From assembly GCA_965649765.1 (NCBI GenBank), contig OZ287753.1, positions 7,440,001 to 7,504,000 on the forward strand: a stretch of 64,000 nt of DNA. Direction: 5' to 3'. The notes under the pieces are model-generated. The model worked only from the letters and a program-made list of their open reading frames with translations. It had not been told where the DNA came from and ran no database searches. This document shows, in pieces, positions 41,101-53,100 of the stretch (its first letter is position 1; every line of letters begins with the position of its first letter). Source of the stretch: Bispira polyomma. Lineage: Eukaryota. The position numbers and the translations under genes were made by a program.

Positions 41101-44100
41101 TGTAAAGCCAGCAACACATTCGCATGAGAAATCATTTACAAGATCAGTACAGACTCCTTCATTTTCACATGGCTCTGGAACACAATCATCAATATTGGTT
41201 TCACAGGTATCACCTAAAATCAAAATTTTAATCATAATAATATTATACTTGTATCATTAAACTATGCTTTTCAGAACAAATTAGTAAAAGTGGGAAGTTT
41301 ACTAAGTTACATCAATTAATGTTCTAGTGATGTTTCTTACATAGAAATACAATCTAAAACTATAAAGTATGATGGTCATGCATTAAAATAAATAAGTAAC
41401 ATCAAAGAGCAGGAATTGAGAGATTCAGCAATTACAAACATCCATTCAGTCTATGTTTACTTGGCCATCTCAAGAAAGTTACTAAGCATTGCTAAATATA
41501 ATCTTCACTAGACTTGGATAATAATCAACTTCTGATGTCGAAAAAGAGTAAAACTTTTTGGGACACCACCTATATTATTGAAATAGTTGTGCAGAATGAT
41601 TTTAAAAAATAAAACCATTTCTAATATGTGCTTTAATTTTAGTGTTTGAATAAATATCAATCCTTTCCAAGGAATATTTTGGGGGTTTTTGTTTGAGAGT
41701 TATTGATAGCCTGGTCTAACTGTATTAACTAAAAGCCTTGGATAAAAATAGAAATTAACATTGACAAAGAACACATTTAGGTCTTTCTTTAAGAGGTTTT
41801 ATAGACAGGTTCTACTGTATTAGCCATACATGAGAACAACTAAGGGAATTTCTTGGCTTCTTCATGCATATTTTTTCTCATTATTTTACCTGTAAAGCCA
41901 GCAACACATTCGCATGAGAAATCATTTACAAGATCAGTACAGATTCCTTCGTTTTCACATAGCTCTGGAGCACAATCATCAATATTGGTGTCACAGGTAT
42001 CACCTAAAATCAAAATTTTAATCATAATAATATTATACTTGTATCATTAAACTATGCTTTTCAGAACAAATTAGTAAAAGTTAGAAGTTTACTATGTTAC
42101 ATCAATTAATGTTTTAGTGATGTTTCTCACATAGAAATACAATCTAAAATTAAAAAGTACGACAGTCAATCATTAAAATAAATAAGTAATATCAAAGAGC
42201 ATCAATTTAGATATTCAGCAACTACAAACTTCCAATCAGTCTATGTTTACTTGGCCATCTCAAGGAAGTTACCAAGCATTGCTAAATATACTCTTCACTA
42301 GACTTGGATAATAATCAACTTCTGATGTAGAAAAAAAGTAAAACTCTTTTGGACACCACCTATATTATTAAAATAGTTGTGTAGAATGATTTTAAAAAAT
42401 AAAACCATTTCTAATATGTGCTTTAAATTTTGTTTTTAAATAAATATCAATCCTTTCCAAGGAATAATTTGGGGGTCTTTGTTTGAGAGTTATTGATAGT
42501 CTGGTCTAACTGTATTAACTAAAAGCCTTGGACATAAATAAAACTTAACATTGACAAAGAACACATTGGGCTCCTTCTTTAAGAGGTTTTTATAGACAGG
42601 TCTCACTGTATTAACCATACATGAGGACAACTAAGGGAATTTCGTGGCTTTTTCATGCATATTTTTCCTCATTAATGTACCTGTAAACCCAGCAACACAT
42701 TCGCATGAGAAATCATTTACAAGATCAGTACAGATTCCTTTATTTTCACATGGCTCTGGAGCACAATCATCAATATTGGTGTCACAGGTATCACCTAAAA
42801 TCACAATTTCAATCACAATAATACTATACTTGTATCATTAAACTATGCTTTTCAGAACAAATTAGTAAAAGTGGGAAGTTTACTATGTCACATCAATTAG
42901 TGTTTTAGTGATGTTTCTCACCTAGAATTACGATCTAAAATTAAAAAGCACGACAGTCAATCATTAAAATAAATAAGTAACATCAAAGAGCAGGAATTGA
43001 GAGATTCAGCAACTACAAACATCCATTCAGTCTATGTTTACTTGACCATCTCAAGAAACTTACCAAGCATGGCCAAATATACTCTTCTCTAGACTTACAT
43101 AATAATCAACTTCTGATGTTAAAAGGAGTAAAACTATTTTGAACACCATCTATATTATGCAAATAGTTGTGTAGAATGATTTTAAAAAATAAAAACAGTT
43201 CTAATATGTGCTTTAATTTTTGTGTTTAAATAAATATCAATCCTTTCCAAGGAATATTTTGGGGTTCATTGTTTTAGAGTTATTGATAGCCTGGTCTAAC
43301 TGTATTAACTAAAAGCCTTGGATAAAAATAGAAATTAACATTGACAAAGAACACATTGGGGTCTTTCTTTAAGAGGTTTTTATAGACAGATCTCACTGTA
43401 TTAACCATACATGAGGACAACTAAGGGAATTTCTTGGCTTTTCATGCATATTTTTTCTCATTAATTTACCTGTAAAGCCAGCAACACATTCGCATGAGAA
43501 ATCATTTACAAGATCAGTACAGATTCCTTCGTTTTCACATAGCTCTGGAGCACAATCATCAATATTGGTTTCACAGGTATCACCTAAAATCAAAATTTTA
43601 ATCATAATAATATTATACTTGTATCATTAAACTATGCTTTTCAGAACAAATTAGTAAAAGTGGGAAGTTTACTATGTTACATCAATTAATGTTTTAGTGA
43701 TGTTTCTCACATAGAAATACAATCTAAAATTAAAAAGTAAGACGGTCAATTATTAAAATAAATAAGTAACATCAAAGAGCAGGAATTGAGATATTCAGCA
43801 ATTAAAAACATCCATTCAGTCTATGTTTACTAGGCCATCTCAAGGAAGTTACCAAGCATTGCTAAATATACTCTTCATTAGACTTGGATAATAATGAACT
43901 TCTGATGTGGAAAAAGAGTAAAACTATTTTGGACACTATATTGTGCAAATAGTTGTGTTGAATAATTTAAAAAAACATTTCTAATATGTGCTTTAATTTT
44001 GTGTTTGAATAAATATCAATCATTTCCAAGGAATATTTTGGGGATCTTTTTTACTGTATTAACCATACATGATGACAACTAAGCGAACTTCTTGGCTTCT

Positions 44101-47100
44101 TCATGCATATTTTTTCTCATTAATGTACCTGTGAAGCCAGCAACACATTTGCATGAGAAATCATTTACAAGATCAGTACAGACTCCTTCATTTTCACATG
44201 GCTCTGGAGCACACTCATTAATATTGGTTTCACAGGTATCACCTAAAATCACAATTTTAATCATAATAATATTATACTTGTATTATAAAGCTATGCTTTT
44301 CAGAACCAATTAGTAAAAGTGGGAAGTGTACTATGTCACATCAATTAGTGTTTTAGTGATGTTTCTCACCTAGAAATACCATCTAAAATTATAAAATACG
44401 ACGGTCAATTATTAAAAAAAGGGAACATCAAAGAGCAGGAATTGAGAGATTCAGCAACTACAAACATCCATTCAGTCTATGTTTATATGGCCATCTCAAG
44501 AAATTTACCAAGCATGGCTAAATATACTCTTCACTAGACTTACATAATAATCAACTTATGATTTGGAAAAAAGAGTAAAACTATTTTGGACACCACCTAT
44601 ATTATGCAAACATCAGAGAAAGTTCTCCCCATAAACCACTGCTTTATTTTTTTAGCAGAAAAATTTGGAAATTTTTTTTTTTTTATAGAAAAAAACAGCA
44701 AAATTCGTGACGCCTTCCCAACGATACATCACTTTAACCCTCTAGCCCCAGGATATAAGGTTTGTAACCTGTTTCCTTTTAGTACACTGTCAGAGCCTGA
44801 AGTTCTGAAACTCATACAATCTTCTACCATTAAATCTTGTGACTTAGATCCCATCCCAGCAGTTATACTGAATCAATGTCTTGACATTCTTGTCACACCC
44901 ATAACAAATATATCAAATTTTTCTCTTCGGGATGATGTTTTTCCCACCTGTTTCAAGACGGCAAACGTAACTCCCTTGATTAAAAAACAAGGGCTTCATA
45001 AAAACCAGCTCAAAAACTACAGACCGGTGTCAAACCTCAGCTTCATCTCAAAAGTCATCGAGAAAGCTGTAGCTAAACAAATTTCTGACCACCTTAATAG
45101 ACAAAACATTGAAAATTGCCATCAGTCTGCTTATAGAAAATTTCACTCTACAGAAAGTGCCCTTTTTCAATTAGCAATGATATCAATCTTGCACTGGACC
45201 GCAATGACACAGTGGCCCTCACCCTTCTGGATATCTCAGCTGCATTCGACACTATTGATCATGTCCTGCTCTGCGACACTCTTAAGCAGTGGTTTGGTAT
45301 AAATGGCAGTGTCCTTAAATGGATCAGATCCTACCTTACTCTTAGGGCACAAAGAATTAAACTAGATGATCACCTATCATCTTCCATAAAACTTCCATAT
45401 GGAATACCCCAGAGATCCGTCCTTGGTCCTCTACTTTTCACCCTTTATACACATCCTCTCAGCACTGTCATCAATAAACACAATATAAAACACCACATGT
45501 ATGCAGACGACACTCAAGTCTATCTCTCCCTCAATCCACAAAACGCAGATACTAACATAGACCTACTTGCAGACTGTCTGTCTGATGTCCAGGCGTGGAT
45601 GAACTACTCCAAACTAAAGCTTAACCCTGACAAAACAGAATTCATCCTCATAGGAAACAAGAAAAACCGTGAACTCCTAAAATCTTTGTTTCCCATCTCC
45701 CTGCTGGGAAAAGACATACTACCTTCCGAAAATGCTAAAAACCTGGGTGTCACTTTTGATTCAGCTTTTTCGTTCGATACTCATGTTGCCAACATCTGTC
45801 GCTCCTGCTATTACCACACATGCGACATCAAAAGAATCAGAAACCACTTGTCCATGGACACAGCGATAACTGTGGCAAATGCCCTTGTGAGTAGCCGCCT
45901 CGACTACTGCAATTCTCTCTTGTACGAAGCAAACAAGTCAAACATTAAAAATCTCCAGTTCATCCAAAACTACCTATGTAGGGTCATTTTTCGCCTGGGT
46001 TGTCGCACAGACGTCACTCCTAACCTCAAAAAATTACACTGGTTGCCCATTAAATCTCGAATTTTGTTTAAGATTCACGTTACCACTTTTAAGGCTGTAG
46101 TCACTCAACAGCCACCCTACCTTGCCTCCCTTCTTTCCTTCAGTAACCGCAAGAGAGGCAACAGACTCTCTGTCACTTCGGTCAGACCAATCAGAAAGGC
46201 GGGTTTCAGAGCGTTCTCCACTGCAGCTCCACGGTTATGGAACAGTCTCCCAGTTGACCTCAGATCAGTTGATACACTTATCGGTTTTAGGAAAAAGCTT
46301 AAAACCTATCTTTTTAATCTTGCCTACCCACCTTAGCTTTCCTCGTGCACGCTCCCACTTCCTTCCTTACGACTTTGCAATTTCCATGGACTTAATGATT
46401 GGACTAATGATTCTGCTGTTGCGCTTTAGAAGATGCCTAGCATCAATAAAGCGCGTTAAAAATCTATAATAATAATAATAGTTGTGTTGAATGATTTAAA
46501 AAGACATTTCTAATATGTGCTTTAATTTTGTGTTTGAATAAATATCAATCATTTCCGAGGAATATTTTGGGGATCTTTTTTACTGTATTATCCATACATG
46601 AGGACAACTATGTGAACTTCTTGGCTTCTTCATGCATATTTTTTCTCATTAATTTACCTGTAAAGCCAGCAACACATTCGCATGAGAAATCATTTACAAG
46701 ATCAGTACAGACTCCTTCATTTTCACATGGCTCTGGAGCACAATCATCAATATTGGTGTCACAGGTATCACCTAATATCACAATTTTAATCATAACAATA
46801 TTATACTTGTATCATTAAACTATGCTTTTCAGAACAAATTAGTAAAAGTGGGAAGTTTACTATATCACATCAATTGATGTTCTAGTGATGTTTCTTACAT
46901 AGAAATACAATCTAAAACTAAAAAGTATGATGGTCAATCATTAAAATAAATAAGTAACATCAAAGAGCAGGAATTGAGAGATTCAGCAATTACAAACATC
47001 TATTCAGTCTATATTTACTTGGCCATCTCAAGAAAGTTACTAAGCATTGCTAAATATACTCTTCACTAGACTTGGATAATAATCAACTTCTGAGGTCGAA

Positions 47101-50100
47101 AAAGAGTAAAACTTTTTGGGACACCACCTATATTATTGAAACAGTTGTGTAGAATGATTTTAAAAAATAAAACCATTTCTAATATGTGCTTTAATTTTAG
47201 TGTTTAAATAAATATCCATCCTTTCCAAGGAATATTTTAGGGGTCTTTGTTTGAGAGTTATTGATAGCCTGGTCTAACTGTATTAACTAAAAGCCTTGGA
47301 TAAAAATAGAAATTAACATAGACAAAGAACACATTGGGGTCTTTCTTTAAGAGGTTTTTATAGACAGGTCTCACTGTATTAACCATACAGGAGGACAAGT
47401 AAGGGAATTTTTTGGCTTTTCATGCATATTTTTTCTCATTAATTTACCTGTAAAGCCAGCAACACATTCGCATGAGAAATCATTTACAAGATCAGTACAG
47501 ATTCCTTCGTTTTCACATAGCTCTGGAGCACAATCATCAATATTGGTGTCACAGGTATCACCTAAAATCACAATTTTAATCATAATAATATTATACTTGT
47601 ATCATTAAACTATGCTTTTCAGAACAAAATAGTAAAAGTGGGAAGTTTACTATGTTACATCAATTATTGTTTTAGTGATGTTTCTCACATAGAAATACAA
47701 TCTAAAATTAAAAAGTATGACGGTCAAACATTAAAAGAAATAAGTAATATCAAAGAGCAGGAATTGAGAGATTCAGCAACTACAAACATCCAGTCAGTCT
47801 TTGTTTACTTGGCCATCTCAAGAAAGTATCCAAGCATGGCTAAATATACTGTTCACTAGACTTGGATAACAGTCAACTTCTGATGTGGAAAAAGAGTAAA
47901 ACTATTTTGGACACCACCTATATTGTGCAAATAGTTGTGTTGAATAATTTAAAAAAACATTTCTAATATGTGCTTTAATTTTGTGTTTGAATAAATATCA
48001 ATAATTTCCAAGGAATATTTTGGGGATCTTTTTTACTGTATTAACCATACATGATGACAACTAAGCGAACTTCTTGGCTTCTTCATGCACATCTTTTCTC
48101 CTTAATGTACCTGTAAAGCCAGCAACACATTCGCATGAGAAATCATTTACAAGATCAGTACAGACTCCTTCATTTTCACATGGCTCTCGAGCACATTCAT
48201 CAATATTGGTTGCACAGGTATCACCTAAAATCACAATTGTTAGTTATAATAATAATATACTTGTATCATTAAACTATGTTTTTCAAAACAAATTAGTAAA
48301 AGTGGGAAATTTACTATGTCACATCATTTAGTGTTTTAGTGATATTTTTCACATAGAAATACTATCTAAAATGAAAAAGTATGACGTTCAATCATTAAAA
48401 TAAATAAGTAACATCAAAGAGCAGGAATTGAGAGATTTAGCAACTACAAAAATCCAGTCAGTCCATGTTTACTTGGCAATTTCAAGAAAGTTACCAAGCA
48501 TGGCTGAATATACTCTTCACTAGACTTGGATAATAATCAACTTCTAATGTTAAAAGGAGTAAAACTATTTGGACACCATTTATATTATGCAAATAGTTGT
48601 GTAGAATGATTTTAAAAAATAAAACCATTTCTAATATGTGCTTTAATTTTTGTGTTTGAATAAATATCAATCATTTCCAAGGAATATTTTGGGGATCTTT
48701 CTTTGAGAGGTATTTATAGTCTGGTCTAACTGTATTTACTAAAAGCCTTGGATATAATTATAAATTAACATTGTGAAAGAACACGTTGGGCTCTTTCTTT
48801 AAGAGGTCTTTACAGACAGGTCGCACTGTATTAACCATACATGAGGACAACTAAGGGAACTTCTTGACTTCTTCATGCATATTTTTCTCCTTAATGTACC
48901 TGTAAAGCCAGCAACACATTTACATGAGAAATCATTTACAAGATCAGTACAGATTCCTTCATTTTCACATGGCTCTGCAGCACATTCATCAATATTGGTT
49001 GCACAGGTATCACCTAAAATCACAATTGTTAGTCATAATAACAATATACTTGTATCATTAAACTATGCTTTTCAGAACAAATTAGTAAAAGTGGGAAATT
49101 TACTATGTCACATCAATTAGTGTTTTAGTGATGTTTCTCAAATAGAAATACAATCTAAAATTAAAAAGTATGACGGTCAATCATTAAAATAAATAAGTAA
49201 CATCAAAGAGCAGGAATTAAGAGATTCAGCAACTACAAATATCCAGTCAGTCTATGTTTACTTGGCCATCTCAAGAAAGTTACCAAGCATGGCTAAATAT
49301 ACTCTTCACTAGACTTGGATAATAGTCAACTTCTGATGTGGAAAAAGAGTAAAACTATTTTGAACACCACCTATATTTTGCAAATTGTTGTGTAGAATGA
49401 TTTTAGAATATAAAACCATTTCTTATATGTGCTTTAATTCTTGTGTTTGAATAAATATCAATCATTTCCAAGGAATATTTTGGGCGTCTTTCTTTGAGAG
49501 GTATTTATAATCTGGTCTAACTGTATTAACTAAAAGCCTTGGATATAATTATAAATTAACATTAAGAAAGAACACGTTGGGCTCTTTCTTTAAGAGGTCT
49601 TTACAGACAGGCCCCACTGTATTAACCATACATGAGGACAACTAAGGGAACTTCTTGGCTTCTTCATGCACATTTTTTCTCCTTAATGTACCTGTAAAGC
49701 CAGCAACACATTCGCATGAGAAATCATTTACAAGATCATTACAGACTCCTTCATTTTCACATGGCCCTGGAGCACATTCATCAATATTGGTTGCACATGT
49801 ATCACCTAAAATCACAATTGTTAGTCATAATAATAATATACTTGTATCATTAAACTATGCTTTTTAGAACAAATTAGTAAAAGTTGGAAATTTACTATGT
49901 CACATCAATTAGTGTTTTAGTGATGTTTCTCAAATAGAAATACAATCTAAAATTAAAAAGTATGACGGTCAAACATTAAAAAAATAAGTAACATCAAAGA
50001 GCAGGAATTAAGAGATTTAGCAACTACAAACATCCAGCCAGTCTATGTTTACTTGGCCATCTCAAGAAAGTTACCAAGCATGGCTAAATATACTCTTCAC

Positions 50101-53100
50101 TAGACTTGGATAATTTGAATTTGGATATTTAACGTCCACTCTAGTACCTTTTAGCAGGTTATATTGGGATGGGTAGTTGGAAACGCTGGAGGAAACACTG
50201 CATACAGTCGGTCAAGGTTCTGCAGAGAAACCAGCAGCCCACAGTAAGGAACTACCACCTTTCCCACATAGACATCGACGGGATTCGAACTCACGCCGCC
50301 CAGAGGTAAGAGACCAGTGATTGTGAAGCACAATGCTTGTGAACCACTAGGCCACCATGGCCCCCACTAGACTTGGATAATAGTCAACTTCTGATGTGGA
50401 AAAAGAGTAAAACTATTTGAACACCACCTATATTATGCAAATAGTTGTGTAGAATGATTTTAGAAAATAAAACCATTTCTTATATGTGCTTTAATTCTTG
50501 TGTTTGCATAAATATCAATCATTTCCAAGGAATATTTTGGGGGTCTTTCTTTCAGAGGTATTTATAGTCTGGTCTAACTGTTTTAACTAAAAGCCTTGGA
50601 TTTAATTATAAATTAACATTGACAAAGAACATGTTGGGGTCTTTCTGTAAGAGGTCTTTATAGAGAGGTCTCATTGTATCAACCATATATGAGGCCAACT
50701 GAGGGAACTTTTTGGGATCTTCATGCATATTTTTTATCATTAATGTACCTGTAAAGCCAGCAACACATTCGCATGAGAAATCATTTACAAGATCAGTACA
50801 GACTCCTTCATTTTCACATGGCTCTGGAGCACATTCATCAATATTGGTTTCACAGGTATCACCTAAAATCACAATTGTTAGTCATAATAATAATATACTT
50901 GTATCATTAAACTATGCTTTTCAGAACAAATTAGTAAAAGTGGGAAATTTACTCTATGTCACATCAATTAGTGATTTAGTGATGTTTCTCACATAGAAAT
51001 ACAATCTAAAATTAAAAAGTATGATGGTCAATCATTAAAATAAATAAGTAACATCAAAGAGCAGGAATTGAGAGATTCAGCAACTACAAACATCCATTCA
51101 GTCTACGTTTACTTGACCATCTCCAGAAAGTTACCAAGCATGGCTAAATATACTCTTCACTAGACTTGGATAATAATCAACTTCTGATGTTAAAAGGAGT
51201 AAAACTATTTGGACACCATCTATATTATGTAAATAGTTGTGTAGAATGATTTAAAAAAAATAAAACCATTTGTAATATGTGCTTTAATTCTTGTGTTTGA
51301 ATAAATATCAATCATTTCTAAGGAATATTTTGGGGGTCTTTCTTTGAGAGGTATTTAGAGTCTGGTCTAAGTGTATTCACTAAAAGCCTTGGATATAATT
51401 ATGAATTAACATTGAGAAAGAACACGTTGGGCTCTTTCTTTAAGAGGTCTTTACAGACAGGTCGCACTGTATTAACCATACATGAGGACAACTAAGGGAA
51501 CTTCTTGGCTTCTTCATGCATATTTTATCTCATTAACGTACCTGTAAAGCCAGCAACACATTCGCATGAGAAATCATTTACGAGATCAGTACAGACTCCT
51601 TCATTTTCACATGGCTCTGGAGCACATTCATCAATATTGGTTTCACAGGTATCACCTAAAATCACAATTGTTAGTCATAATAATAATATACTTGTATCAT
51701 TAAACTATGCTTTTCAGAACAAAATAGTAAAAGTGGGAAATTTACTATGTCACATCAATTAGTGTTTTAGTGATGTTTCTCAAATAGAAATACAATCTAA
51801 AATTAAAAAGTATGACGGTCAAACATTAAAAAAATAAGTAACATCAAAGAGCAGGAATTGAGAGATTCAGCAACTACAAACATCCAGTCAGTCTATGTTT
51901 ACTTGGTTTCTTCATGCATATTATATCTCATTAATGTACCTGTAAAGCCAGCAATACATTTACATGAGAAATCATTTACGAGATCAGTACAGACTCCTTC
52001 ATTTTCACATGGCTCTGGAGAACATTCATTAATATTGGTTTCACAGGTATCACCTAAAATCACAATTGTTATTCATAATAATAATATACTTGTATCATTA
52101 AACTATGCTTTTCAGAACAAATTAGTAAAAGTGGGCAATTTACTCTATGTCACATCAATTAGTGATTTATTGATGTTTCTCACATAGAAATACAATCTAA
52201 AATTAAAAAGTATGACGGTCAATCATTAAAATAAATAAGTAACATCAAAGAGCAGGAATTAAGAGATTTAGCAACTACAAATATCCAGTCAGTCTATGTT
52301 TACTTGGCCATCTCAAGAAGGTTACCAAGCATGGCTAAATATACTCTTCACTAGACTTGGATAATAATCAACTTCTGATGTTAAAAAGAGTAAAACTATT
52401 TTGAACACCACCTATATTTTGCAAATAGTTGTGTAGAATGATTTTAGAATATAAAACCATTTCTTATATGTGCTTTAATTCTTGTGTTTGAATAAATATC
52501 AATCATTTCTAAGGAATATTTTGGGGGTCTTTCTTTGAGAGGTGTTTATAGTCTGGTCTAACTGTATTAACTAAAAGCCTTGAATATAAATAGAAATTAA
52601 CATTGACAAAGAACAAGTTCGGGTCTTTCTTTAAGAAGTCTTTATAGACAGGTCCCACTGTATTAACCATACATGAGGACAACTAAGGGAACTTCTTGGC
52701 TTCTTCATGCATATTTTATCTCATTAATGTACCTGTAAAGCCAGCAACACATTCGCATGAGAAATCATTTACGAGATCAGTACAGACTCCTTCATTTTCA
52801 CATGGCTCTGGAGCACATTCATCAATATTGGTTTCACAGGTATCACCTAAAATCGCAATTGTTAGTCATGATAATAATATACTTGTATCACAAACTATGC
52901 TTTTCGGTGATGGGAGCAAGCGCGGTAGCAATTACCGGTTGCTTTGAGGTTGTAACAGGAAAAGACAAAAAGTTTCACTTAACAAATTTATTTTAACAAA
53001 TAAAATAACAATTACAGAATTACAAAATTATACAATTACAAAATTACAGTCAACTGAGATACCCTTAATAGCTCACACAATAATACAATAATGAAATCAA

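Noticed and set aside
36660-50872. Stand-alone minus-strand mini-ORFs [11 protein letters not shown]...MRKNMHEE as separate small genes
   Set aside because: The flanking residues are intron read-through. Each has only an offset, incomplete EGF, and conserved AG/GT sites bound exactly 114 bp.
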